Origin: Psilocybe cubensis
Lineage: Eukaryota
DNA: 64,000 bases
Direction of reading: 5' to 3'
NCBI GenBank assembly: GCA_017499595.2
Contig: CM039005.1
Location: 3,162,001 to 3,226,000, forward strand
Part shown: positions 26,973 to 39,867 of the stretch, one piece after another
Position numbering within the stretch: position 1 is the stretch's first letter
Layout: every line of letters begins with the position of its first letter
Made by a program: the position numbers and the translations under genes
Notes under the pieces: generated by a model
Told to the model about the DNA's origin: nothing
Seen by the model: the letters and a program-made list of their open reading frames with translations, nothing else
Database searches by the model: none

Positions 26973-28474
26973 TCATGATTCCTTGGGGTCGGCGTTATAG
27001 TTACTGGACACCGTGAACAGCTATCATACATTCCAAGACTGTATATGTACTAGTGCCGGCGAGGTGACGTTCAATTAAATCTCTAACTTCAATTTCTATG
27101 CGAGCATTATATACGGTCTTCAAATTTAAAGCAGGTACTAGATATATACATGTACGTATAAGTGTTTCCTTGGAACTAGTACTCTAGTGGTAACTTTGAT
27201 AATACGAAAAATTTGAAGTAGTCGTACGACGTGTATACGTAGGTACCATTAACCGGCCGGTACGGCGATCATTTAGCCGGTACGTAGTTGCACGTGGGGT
27301 GTCGTTCAGCCTGGCAGTCGAAGGCCTTTCTTAAAATAACCACTGTTTTCCAGTTCGTACAGCATTCCCAACAAGACCTCCTCAGGAACAGAAGGATGCC
27401 GAGCAGGATGGCTGAGGGGAAAAGATGAGGGGAGACCCATGAAAAGGGAGACCCGCCAGGTAGGTTAATGATATTCGAATTTAGTGTCCTTGTTCTCAAT
27501 TCTCTACAGCCCGTTCGCGCAAGCTCGTTTTGCGATCCCTGCCATCCACACCCGTCTCGACATATAAAATATGTCCACTTCCGCTCGCACTCTGCTCACC
27601 AACCATCCGTCTCGCCGCCACCCTCCCTTTTCCAACCCAGCGACCTGCTCACCACTCGCAGGCGCCGCTTCCCTGCCGGCCTTTTCCTCCACCCCTTCTG
27701 CCGCCGATCCCATTGACAACCAGCACCATTGTACATGTGCTGCTGGCCGTTGTTCGACATTTCGCGCCTCGTACCCGCCTCTTCCTTTCATTGTGACGAC
27801 CAGCAGCTTTGGGCAGCTGGTCCGTATCATGCCTCTTGATCCTTTTTGTTCATTGCATTAATTTGCCTCCCCCGCTGCCTCTAATCCCTTGAACCGACAC
27901 AACAAGCAGCTCTCTCGCAGCTTCTCCAGCATCGTATCGTCGTTACTCTTTTGTGGTTCTTATCTACTAGTAATTTTATTGTCATTTACAACCGTTTGTA
28001 GTTGGGAATAGAATATCTAGATTAGTAGTAGTATATCTTACTTCCTTAAATATTGTTTTGTGAATCATTTTAACCTCACAGGAAACCATCACATAGTATG
28101 ACCATAGGTCCAATACAGCTCACTAAATGGGTAATATTTTTTAGTCAAAAAAGGTATGTTTTTTCCCTCTTTAACTAACTTGTTCTAAATCGGTATACAC
28201 AAGTTGTTTTGTGAAATTGATGCATTACATACACTGGTTATATAGTGATTGGATGCATTACAATATACCGTCTTGGTATTAGATGAATTCATGACCCGAT
28301 ATAATTTAAAATATATTTACATTTTATTTATATGTTATATCCAACTTATATAAGCCAATGCCCGCAGTGATACGGCCTGCATCAGCGCCCAACATCAACT
28401 GACTATCGTCGTGACCCAGCACGTGATTCCATGGAATTCCATGGAATTCTACCATCACGTCAGTAGTGCAGATC

Positions 28475-29514
28475 GGTGGTTGACAAAGTAACTTACGCCA
28501 CCTAACTTGCTGTGACAAAAGTAACTTATTATAACTTTTGTTAGGGCAAGTTACTTTGTCGCCGCAAAGTTAGCGGAGTGTGAATTAAGTTAACTTGGTT
28601 AGACCACGTGAGTTCGCTATTCTAACCCTAAAGCTAACCCTAAGTGGTCCCAATCCTTAGAAATAACGCACGTGAGCCCTTTACTTTAACCCTAATGCTA
28701 ACCCTAGCAGCCTTACTTTGAACAAAAGAAACGTTTTACACGAGCGCTGAAGGAACGGTACTACAATTATTGAAGTTTGAGAAAAACTCCAGCATTAAAT
28801 GACAGGAAAGTAGAGAAATAACTGATAAATTCAATGATCACCCAAGTGCAAGGCTACTTGTACGATATCTTTGTTACTCAATTGGAGTTTTGTACAATAG
28901 GATTGCTTGCTAGGCAATTGTAATTTATATATATGTATAAATACACATGATACAAGAAGTACCTAAGTGTAAATAATACTGCAAACATTGATGAGCCATT
29001 GAATATTCTTGAATACATTGGAATTAACCTTGTAAGAAATAAGCCAACAAGCATACTTACTCGAGCACATCAAAGAATTCATCCAACTAAACACTTTTTT
29101 GCTGTATATAGTACTCTCATTTCAATTTAACTGATCCATGTTTCCAACACTCATTAATACACTATGTATTTGCCTCACTTTTGAATTTAAAACTTGTTCT
29201 TGCGCATGTAAGAGCAGAAACTTGGAGCAAAAACTGCACGCCTGCACATGTACACTTACAAAACACAATACCATAACTCAATTAAGCACTGAATATATAT
29301 CGAATTATCTCTCTGCCCTCACGTTGCTTAATGGATGCACAAATGACTTTGCTAAACGCAAGGTTTGGTGAGTCCACGTGACTCTGATAAGCCAGCACGC
29401 AAGTTACAAGTTAGCGGCACCAAGCGTGAGAAAAGTAAAGCGCAAGTTACCGTGTCTAACTTGGCGGGTGACAAGTTTGCCAAGTTACTCAAATAAGTTA
29501 CTTTGCTGACCGTC
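28475..29514. mobile_element. Non-autonomous Mutator-like (MULE) element, 1040 bp
   Basis: 9-bp direct repeat GTGCAGATC at 28466-28474 and 29515-29523. Imperfect TIR GGTGGTTGACAAAGTAACTTA vs reverse complement GACGGTCAGCAAAGTAACTTA, G...C ends. Many AAGTTA/TAACTT subterminal motifs; no ORF. Confidence 0.75.
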
Positions 29515-31548
29515 GTGCAGATCGATGCTCTCCATCAATGAATCTATGAATACGAAGAGTTGAATTGGATTTGACCAGCTTGTGCACGAATACTATGGGA
29601 AGTCTTTCATGCCCGTAGCCACATTTGTGCGTTGCACGCAAATATAGCATGCACACCACCCAGATACTACCTTTCCATGTACCTTACTTGGTGCTCATAT
29701 CTTATGTGCATACCTGCTTTCCTTTCTCAGCAAAGCTTTATGTCCACCTGCCTCTCTGTTTTGACGGCCATCCATTTTAACAGTTAAAGTTTGATGTCCG
29801 TGTGTAACGCTATGTGATTCACCCATTCAGAGTAAATGAGATATCAGGACCACTATTCTCAACCTGTTTCGCCGAGCGTCGAGCGTTGTAGTCTACAACG
29901 TCAACACCGATACGAAGAAGGTGCTGCGTGTACTGCGCCATAGTATGCACACGGGGCGTGGTGGATGTCGGGTCTCAACAAATGGACATGTGCGGGGGAT
30001 GAGAAGGATAATGTGATATATTGTGTAGACACGTAGACACGTAGACACTGTACCACTGTACTGCACTGACAAATTACAAAACCCAGTGATGAGCTGCGTA
30101 CAGTAAACCCGTTAGTTGACACGGTGTAGCTGCCGCGGTGTCGATGTTGTCACGTACGCCTGTTCAGTGCAGTGCGGAGGGGGGCATGATGGATCGGGGT
30201 GCGAGCGATAGCAAAGGGTGGGGAGATGGGGGAGGGTCGTGGTGGTGGCTTCTGTGGTTGTATGCAAGAATGACGAAGTGCAAATTAGAGCACTCACTGA
30301 AATCCTCCTCTCAGACATCAATATTTGAATCCATCTTCCCCTCACCAAAGTCATACTGCTTCTCAATCCGCCAAGTCCCTGGCATTCCTTGACTTTGTTT
30401 CGAGGTTGCCTTCCGCGCGAATCGTAGTTCGAGTGGCAGGAGTAGCACTGGATGGAGACGGCAGTGGAAAATGGTAAAAGGAATTGATTATTGACTTGGT
30501 GTAGCTGCGGGTCATTGCAGTGCAGTGACAAGTGGGAACATGACAGTGCAAGGTGCGAGCGATGAAAGAGGAAAGGAGAGGGTGGCGGCGAAGGTGGTTT
30601 CAGCGGTTCCATGCGAGAACGACCAAGAACAATGGAAAGTATGTAAAGCACTCACCGAACTCGACAACAGTTCACTCAAACTCCGCCTTTAAATTGACTG
30701 ACGCGCACGGCGGCGACGGCGTTATGTGCCTTGATCACCCTTCTGCACGTTTTTCTAGAGCTAACAGAGTGTCTTGGCTCATGTATTATGCCTTACATAG
30801 GAAAATGTCGGCGTCAAGAAGACTTTTTTTGGGTTATATTTGCTCCATTGTGATGGGTCTTCACTAATCAATGAACCAACTCGAAAGCCCGGTAGCAGAC
30901 GACTCACACCACACCGACATTTCATGATGCTTTGAGTTTGATGTTGGCATAAACCGTAACTCCACTCAAACAATTTTACAGCGCTGCGCTTTGTACTGCA
31001 CTGATCGATGACAAATATGGCACACCTGGACACAAACTCCTCGAATCGCGAGTCTGTGCATTGATTGGTCGAATGGTGTATTTAATATCTCCCAGGTTAG
31101 CCTGCGCTATTTATGGACGCACCACTGCATGGAACTACTGTCTAGTCATCCAGAATATCCTCTATGCCTAGCATAAGTGCAATCTTTTGTCATAGCAGGT
31201 GGAACACGATGCAGGCCGGGGACGGGGGTAAAGCAGCTAGGCACCATGGGTCCGTTGGGAGAGTTGTATTTGAATAATATGTAAATCATTAGGTAGAATG
31301 GTGTGGTGTGTGAGAGCATTTCACTGTTGAAAGGACATGTGTACCCTCATTGACAAGGGAAGGGGAAATTGATTCAATGGCCGATTTTAAAAGACTGCTC
31401 ATGAAGACCATGTTCTCACGCTCATCACTGAAAACAAAGGAGATAAGATAAAAACAATATATGCTAATCAATCTCAATTGATTCAGTCGATGGATTGATA
31501 AGATACTAATTTTAACTGTATGATCCTATACTCCTTCAATCACCTCCT

Positions 31549-32468
31549 TCACCTCTTCCTTTGTCCTACACGAGCGGTGCGCTGGAAGTAAATCTCCTTA
31601 CAGTTCCAATAGCAAGGGTCTTGATCGGCTCTCTGACCCTGGATTTTTCGGGGCTGCTGTTCAGTCTCCCCGCTATCGCGCCCTTCAACGATTGTGGGCA
31701 GTTCCTCTTGGCCCCTTTGTGCCTTCGTCCTTGATTCCCTTGCATAACAAAATGTCAGTGCCATGATATCGAGAGATAGAAATTCACAAAATACCTTACA
31801 TCTTCGTTTGGGCTCGGTGCCGATAGAGGCATATGCTCAACGGGAATGTTATACCCGGGAGCCTTGCCCGTGGTGTTGTTCTCGGTGCTGGGAAGTATTG
31901 ATTTGCGTGAATGATGTCTCTCCGGATGGACGACAGAAAACGTTTGCATGTTCATTATGATTTTGTACGGGCGATGTCTGTCTGATGATACTCCCGCCGC
32001 CTGGTTCCGCATCACCCCCTGGGAACGCTTCTCTTGGGAGTGGGGTAATCTTCGAATGAGAGAAGCTAGATCTATTGTTCCAGTGGCCAGGCTCTGCAAG
32101 ACAAGATGGTCCTCTTTCATCACAGAACCAGAGTTTGTGAGATGCAGATTGTCATGGTGTTGGGACAACGAACGGATGAGGCGGGTGGACTCCACGCTGG
32201 GTGCCACTTTTCCAACGTCGACGGTATGATTTGAGGACCTCGCATAGTAAATATCTAAGAGGTCCCGTGGGGTAGGTCCCGCAAATGACAAGATTTTTGG
32301 CCAGGGTCGGGCGTCGTGGGTTGATGACGATGACGCCTGTGGTGCCACTTCAGATTCTGTACCACCAGTATGGGATGATTTTTTAACGGGTTGCATTGCT
32401 TGGGAAGTGTTAAGGAGAACATTTTGGGGATTTTTTATATGAGCGATGTTGACGTTGAATGTCGACAT
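31549..32468 (-). CDS. Hypothetical Ser/Pro-rich protein, probably 2 exons
   Basis: 237-aa ORF 31755-32468 with a gtaag donor near 31800 and a downstream exon; no recognisable domain. Confidence 0.35.
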
Positions 32469-33431
32469 TCAGTGCTCGAAAATTGAACGGACAAAGTTCA
32501 AGAAAGAGGTAAGGCAATGGGTGTCTGGGAATCAAATACCATTGTTCATTCCATATTATAGGTCACGAAATTACTTCTCAGCACGTTCCTTCCATAAAGT
32601 GGCAGTGGCGGGTGAGAATTATACCCTGCCTGAGGTCGCATGTCCTCGGTGTAAAAGAACTAACCTCAAGGCGTGGACTTCCGAGTCCAGGTCCGTGGAA
32701 AAGAAATATACGTCGTTTAGTCGCCGTATGCTATCCGGTAATTATCAGTTAGCACCCTAATTCTGCCGATTGGATGCTTCGTTCAACGAAGAAGTAACTG
32801 AGCATGTTCAAACCGCGATGTGTAGAGTGAAATGAAAGGAGTGAGGTTCATTTCACCTCCAAACAATCCGCAGTACAAACTCTCTGCTCATAGCACATGT
32901 TTGTGCACAAGAGACATCTGCTCTCAATGCTGCACCATATTTGGAAGACGTACGGTACAACAATGTGTGAATAATGTGCAAGTCGGCGGAAAATTGCTGG
33001 ATCATTGGATGTGTACATTGGAGAGGTAACGATGCAGGCAGCACACGAGATAAAAGGTATGTGTTTACAGTACTGTTTCAACAGAGATTTCATTGTATAG
33101 GTATCCTTGGGGTTGTACCCTTTCCGCTCTGTAGTGATGGAGGATACACCCCATGTGCATATATGCGTCGCAAATCGTCGATAATCCACAAGATAGGCAC
33201 ATGTATGCGCCATTTGATGCAGGTTTTTCAAGGAGTGCGAAATATTCGTTGTATTGTAGATATTTTTGACGAATAGAATGCGGAGGGGCATTCGAAATTG
33301 GCCTCTTTAAAGCCATTCGTGTGCTCTGAGCAAGGATGTTAGTACAACCAAGTGCCTTCGGCGAGCACTGTCATTTAGCTTCGTAAGCACGGATGAAGGG
33401 GGTGTGTGGGTAGGAAGGGGCGGGAAACTCA

Positions 33432-33890
33432 TTGAGACTATGGGGACACGCCAAATAGAGATGTTAGGCGGTACCGGCACCAGTACCGACTCAAATGTGC
33501 ACAGGCGACTTGCGCCTCAGCCATGTGTACAAGCACAACCTGATCCCGCGAGACACCCCATGCGCACATACGCATCTCCAATCGTTGAAGCGACTCGGAG
33601 CAAGGGAGCTGGCGTCACACCTGTTACAGTCACCTTTACCGAACATTGGCATTTATCGTCAAATGCACGGGTTCAGGGTGTGTGGGGGTAGGAACAGTAC
33701 AGTGGGGTACACGTTGAGGCTATGGGGACACATGAAGATAGAGATGCATAGGGGTTATTGGTGCCACCACCTGCTCGAAGAGAGATGAAAGGTGGCAAAA
33801 GACGCACACGCACGATCTGCGCCTCAGTCATGATTGCAAACACGACCAACATCTTGCAATCCGCCCCACTCTACATCTTATCTTCAATCG
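33432..33890. repeat. Degenerate local direct duplication (~280-bp spacing)
   Basis: ttgag(a/g)ctatggggacac..atagagatg and tgcgcctcag(c/t)catg each occur twice (~33432/33714 and ~33511/33818). Confidence 0.6.
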
Positions 33891-35199
33891 TGCATGCACC
33901 CGTTAACTTTGATGACGCCTCGTTAACCCATGCTCGAGGAAAATGAATAAAGAAGCCGAGATTCCCTTTTTCAAAAACTGCACGGAGGAGTGGAAGGTCA
34001 TCGATGGAAACGGGAGTATGGAAATAGGAGGATGAAGTGGTTTGGGTTGGGCGGGTCCGAAAGGCAGAGGTGTTTTGTGTATGCGCCATACGCACATGCG
34101 GGGTGGTGGATAGAGTGTATAAACAGATTGAGATATGCAAACAAGTGTATGGAAAAAGATCATACACCTGACATTCCACTGCACTGACGCATCACATATT
34201 TGAAAGAGTTTGACTACGCTGCATACAGTACACCAGAGTCGTTATTATAGACCTGGTATAGCTGCCGCGGCGTCGATGTTTCCCGTGCGCCGTCGCAGTG
34301 GGAAGTCGACAGTGCGAGACACGAAGAGGAAGGGGAGATGTTGGTGTGGTTACTGTGGTTCCGGTCGAGAACAGTGAAGAGAAAAGCACTCACCGAAATC
34401 CTCCAAGTCCTCATGGGCATCCATCGACCCCTCCTAGAGGCCACGCTGCTGTGCGAGGCACCAAGCACCTAGATTCCTCGACTGCCTCGAGCTTCCCTTC
34501 CCTTCGAATCGTCGTCTTTCGAGTGTTTGGAGTGGAGGTGGCAGTGTAAAAGAACGAAGCAGCGAGCAGCGAGCGCGTTGTTTGTGCTTGCTGTTGTCAA
34601 GCGAATTCAAACTCCGCCTCGACTCCTGAGGCGCGCACCTCACAGCAACGCTATGCGCCTTGATACCCCTTCTACCCCTTTTCTCGAATATTTAACTGGA
34701 GTTGATTATGATGGAGGGGAAAACAAACACAACACCAAGTCTTCCGTATAGCGTTGGCATACACCACCAACCCCGCCTCCATTGCTCCCCAAAACGACTC
34801 GGGACTCGGGTAGGAAAATGAGAGAATGACAAGAGGTGCGACAGTGCTACATTGAGGTTCTTTGGATGGATTGACAGGAAAGAAGAGTCGGAAGCGTGAG
34901 TAGGAAGAGAGAGCTGCACTATTGACATTGGTCGTCACGGTGCCGTGTAAGCCATTGACTAGTGCAGAGGAGAGCTGGGCGTCATTCCGACTAAATGTGT
35001 CATTAACTAGAATCAAGATAGTCAGTGCCATTTAGAAACTTATTTCAATGAAAATATACAGAAATCCCTACAACAATTTCAATGGTCTGCCTGAGTGAAT
35101 ACTTCTAGACTGGAGGTGGCTCTGACCCAACAGAAGTTTTTACACTTCTCTTTGATAGCTATCCACCCGGTGAGTAGGCAAGGGCACGCCAAGCGCACA

Positions 35200-35288
35200 G
35201 GGCACATGGTGTAGTTGGTTATCACGCTCGCTTAGCATTAAATTGATGGAATTGCGAGAGGTGTTGGGTTCAATTCCCAATGCGTCCA
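35200..35288 (+). tRNA. tRNA-Ala (AGC) with a 15-nt intron (35238-35252)
   Basis: GGGCACA TG GTGTAGTTGGTTATCAC G CTCGC TT AGC A [intron] T GCGAG AGGTG TTGGG TTCAATT CCCAA TGCGTCC A. G3:U70 Ala identity pair, canonical intron position after nt 37, TTTT terminator after. Confidence 0.88.
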
Positions 35289-38200
35289 TTTTGCGTTCAT
35301 CTTGGATGATATTTTATGTTGTTCTTGACCAGAAAACACATCAACCGCACCCACTCCGTACAAAACGATCCTTGTCAAACCACCATCCAACCTCCTAAAG
35401 CCCACACCCACACTCCCGCTAAGGCTGCGATTCTCGATACAAACGATAACACGATAACACCTATATTTTCGTTTTTGTTGACTTCCAACAAATTAAAGCT
35501 AACATTAAACTTGGACGCGAGGACGCAGCAGACGTGGGAGAGATGGTGGTGAGAATTGTGGAGTCGAGTGGGAGCTTGGATGCGATCTATATAGGGATCC
35601 GGTGTAATACCCTCGTTGTTCATGTCAAGCATGCACTGGTGTGTGTAGATGGCTAGGGAAGGGGAAAGTGAGTGACTCACTGAGACACTTCTCATTCTCC
35701 ACGATCCCTCAACCGACGCTCATCAAAAACGCTCATCCCAAACTGCGTTCACACCCTGACAGTGCTCACCAGCTGCTGTAGAAACACTTTACCTTGAAGT
35801 TCAAACCGTGCTGGGGAGAGATGTTGTTGGATGATCCAAGTGGACCATCATGATGTTCCCGGATGTATGTGATAAGCCAGCAGCCAGTTGTCTGCCGAGT
35901 GGTTCAACCACAGGCTCTGACATATGCACGCGGATGGTACTTCACGGATGTCTGCAATGGGAAAATGCTGAGAGGACATGCGTATATGAAGTGATCACAG
36001 TCGTAGCTATTGTTTTGGTAGTCCTTGAGAATGCGGATAAATGAGAAAAAATGAATTCTCACCGTGACCCGTAGTTCTGCGCCGGCATTGAGTCGTGTAG
36101 CTGTGGAAGGCATGGTGTGAGAAGTACTATAGTACCAATAATCATACCGTATGGCGCTCGAACAATAAGGAGGTTTTATGCCTGTGAAAAGAATCAAAAT
36201 ATTCTCCCAAGCACTATGATAAGCAGATAAAGATATCATATATAACAGATAAAGACGACCAATCTACACCGAGTCGTCTACTCTTCATCCAAAATTCTCA
36301 ACGCAACACGCACAATGCTTGCTCATAGAGAAATCCATCCATACAAGTCGCTTTCAGTACCGCTGTACTGCAATCTATTATCTGTCTATTGCTACTTTCC
36401 TGCAGTAATCGGTACGTCATTCACAAGACTGTTCAGCTCACCAACCAGACTTCCAATACATATTGATACTTGCACACAGGATGTAAAGGGGTGTTTTAAG
36501 CAGCCTAAAGAGGCATATAATACTCAACAGACCAACCATGGAAGGCAAGTCTTGATATCTGAACTATTAAACTATATCTAATGGGATCTTAACGATGGTT
36601 AGGCCTGCGCATCCTTACCAAAAATGCAAAAGAACATTCTCAAACGTACGTTTCACAATATTTTGTTGTATTTCATAGAAGGTCAGCTGATTCTACTCAT
36701 ATAATACTCATAGGAGGATACAAGAGATGTCCATATAATTGATTTCTTGCGTGATTCAGCCCATTACCTTGGATTTGTAGAGTAATAAATATTGAGAATC
36801 TAATGAATCATGTAGCTAGAATATCATCATTGAGATTTTTGCAAGGTTGCTCTAGTCCGAAAAATGTTCTAATTTAGCCGGATAGGCTTATGTTTATCTC
36901 AACAGATAACATTTATGTGTTGGGCTCTCTTTACAAATTGCAAAGGATCCCAAGAATCACGAGAGAAATACCTCGTCCTAGTTTCAAGCGCAAAGAATGG
37001 ATCCATCTGCATTTGATCAGCGACATCAGTAACGACGTAAAATTTAAGTGACGGTGAGTTGAGGTTGCATTAAGCGGCAAGAGCAAAGACCCTGGAGATT
37101 CAAAGACTAACGAAGGACATGATTCGGAGATGCAGTGTGTATTCTGAGTAGAAAGGAGGCCCCTCTCAGCGTCCAGGAGCACTATCACGTCCCTCTGCAC
37201 ACTCCACTACAATCTCCCAGGTCCCAATGTCGACTCATAACTTCATACCTTACCCCACTCACGCCGTCCACCCATCCACCCATCCCAACGTTACTGAGTG
37301 TCGGGATTTCGTCAAATTCATCGATGACACGGAGGCTGAGGATGGGATGCGATAGGTGGCACATGCTTGCCTGTAACAGAGGGATCGAGTGGGGGTGAGA
37401 GTGCGAGTGGTGAGGGAGAGGCTGTGGTGGGGGCGCGCGGGAACTGGAATGGATTGAGCAAGCTGCCTTCGTCTCTGCCCTTTCCTTCGTGCCGTCCGTC
37501 GTCTTTAGAATGGATCATTGCGGAAGATAACAAGTGGCGCACTTCAAGGTCATGCGCACGCGCACCCCGAATCTCATCAACAACTCAGTGTCTCCTCCCT
37601 TTGACCGCCAGATGGCGGAGAAAGCGCTGGTTGTTGTGAACCATGTAATTAAAGTGAGGTTCCCTAAGCGCATCTGCCCGGTGCCAATCCCGCTATACAC
37701 CCTCCGCATTGTGTCATACTAGCAATCCGGGCCACCACTCGATTGTTGTTTATCTCAACATCGTGCACCGTGCACTACACGCAACACAAGAATGAGTGCG
37801 AACGATCGGTTTGCCATATCGAAGTAGGCATCATATTACTAGCTATAGGATTGGACGATAGCGGGTGTAATACAGAACGAGTCCACCTCATCAACCGGTC
37901 GTATATGCGGGGTTCCAGATGTTATGTCCAAACAGGGGAAAGATACTCTGAGACGAGAACAGGTGCATGGGTTGAACTACCCTTTCCACTGCACTGGATG
38001 CCACTCAAAACGAGGCGCGACAGACTCAGGGCATACAGTACACTGCGAATCATACGTGTGACTTTGTGTAGTTGCCGCTGCGTCAACGTTATACTTGCGC
38101 GAGAGCCCAGTGCGGGGAGAAGATAGCAAGGGAGGAGGGGAGGTTTCAATAGACTACGGATCACTCCCCGAGCCGTTCCTCCTCTTCCTCCATGATCCCT

Positions 38201-39867
38201 TAAACCATGGTTCTCGACAACCCTTGTTCCCTGGAGCGACCGCATTCACTCGATTCCACATGCGCGATCCATTCAGAAAATCAATCCTGTAGCACTTCTT
38301 GCCCTTGACAAGCCGTTTAAAAGTGTCTGGGTCCGGTAGATATCGTTGGATGGGAATGAGTTTAATGACGAAGCCAAGTGGCGCTTTGTTTGCTGTTGTC
38401 CAAAGACATTGAAACTCCGCTATGCCGCGCATGCGCACGCGCACACGCGCCGCACAACGACGATACGCCCTTTACTATCTCATGTCCTCTATTACGAACA
38501 CGCATTGTACACCATATAGTCGTTTCTAGTGTCGACTCTGTGATAGATATGGGCAAAATTTTGTCTGCGAGAGCAGGGTGGGATGCGAGACTGGGTGATT
38601 TTGCAGTAGCGCGGAGGAGTCAGGTCGAACGGTGAGTCCATACAACCCCTCGTTCATCGCGAAAATGCGTCAGTCAGCAGCTTTTGAATTATGACAGCTT
38701 CCATACGCGGCTTTCAATTGCCCAGCACCTTTCCATATTCACTGAAAACATGCGAAAAATCCTTTCGTCAACATACTATACCCCCACGCATTATCCGCCC
38801 GCACGCTGTTTCCAAAACACACTTCAAGAGGGGCATTTTTATACCACAGGTGGTCCCAGGTGCGTCAGTACCCTCTGCCATCCCATTCACCATTCCTGTC
38901 TGCTGATATTCCATTCCTGTGCGGGCGCCTGTGCGTGTCGGTATGCATAGTTTGACTGTTGCCGGGATTAACATGCCGACGAGTTCGCGTTCTCGGATAG
39001 CGGGCTTTACATACGTCGTGTTCAGTTCCCCCCCTCCACCGTCCCCAAGGTCAACATCGATACCCATGTCAACATCACATACTACAACCCCACTGACAAC
39101 GGTGCCTGCTTCCACAAACACCAACATCAATTCCCCACTCTTCTTCTCTTTTGCATCGATATCAACGTACACATGGAGTTCGTCAAGCTATATCCACTTT
39201 TCCTACACCCTTCTATGCATCCCGGGATGGCCACCAAATCAACATCGAACGTGGTCGACTCTACGCGTCGGATGACTGGTTGGTGCATAACTGATCGGTC
39301 GGCATCGTGAGTGGTATTTCCTGGAGGGTGTTTTCTACCCTATGCTTCTGACATCTCATGTCGCATCGCCTTGTTGATTTTGACCCGCCGATTCGTTGAT
39401 GTACTCAGGCCTAGGTAAGGTTTGTACTGTAAGTCTATGCTATTGTGCCATTCATCACTCACCATACACCAGACGTAGCTAACTCAGATGCTGACGCCCA
39501 GGAGCGCAGCGAGCTGAAAGATTTCATACGACGTGGCGGCGATAATAAAATACCAGTTTCCCCCTCCCCGTCCCACTTCTACTAGTTCGTAATGTTATGG
39601 ATAACGTTGTCAATCAACCGTCTGAAAGATCATATATGTATGCAGATGAAACGGTAGCAATAGGAAGGAAGTTCATCGACACAGCACGCGTGAGGATTCT
39701 TGATGTTTTCCATCGACCCCGTCTCAATCTAACCCATAATAATTATTCCAGATAGATATGACAGTGCAGAGGTAGGAGGACAGATTAAATACGAAGTTAA
39801 AGTATCAATAAAGATAAGAGTTCCGTGCATGGAAGTGGTACTTATGCAAGGAGGTAATCAGCCCCAC

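Larger units (their letters stand above)
2581..28369. mobile_element. Giant (25,789 bp) CACTA/CMC-EnSpm-type DNA transposon with CACTG termini and multiple passenger genes
   Basis: Left end CACTGCGGGCATTGGCCTATATA (2581-2603). Right end reverse complement CACTGCGGGCATTGGCTTATATA (28347-28369), 22/23 identical. ATA on both flanks (2578-2580, 28370-28372) is a 3-bp TSD. AT-rich subtermini and an internal Tnp2-type transposase. Confidence 0.92.

Noticed and set aside
2581-28369. Starship element
   Set aside because: No DUF3435 tyrosine-recombinase captain recognised; the ends and transposase are CACTA-type.
28620-28710. True or interstitial telomere
   Set aside because: Only four spaced TAACCCTA motifs, not a tandem (TTAGGG)n tract.
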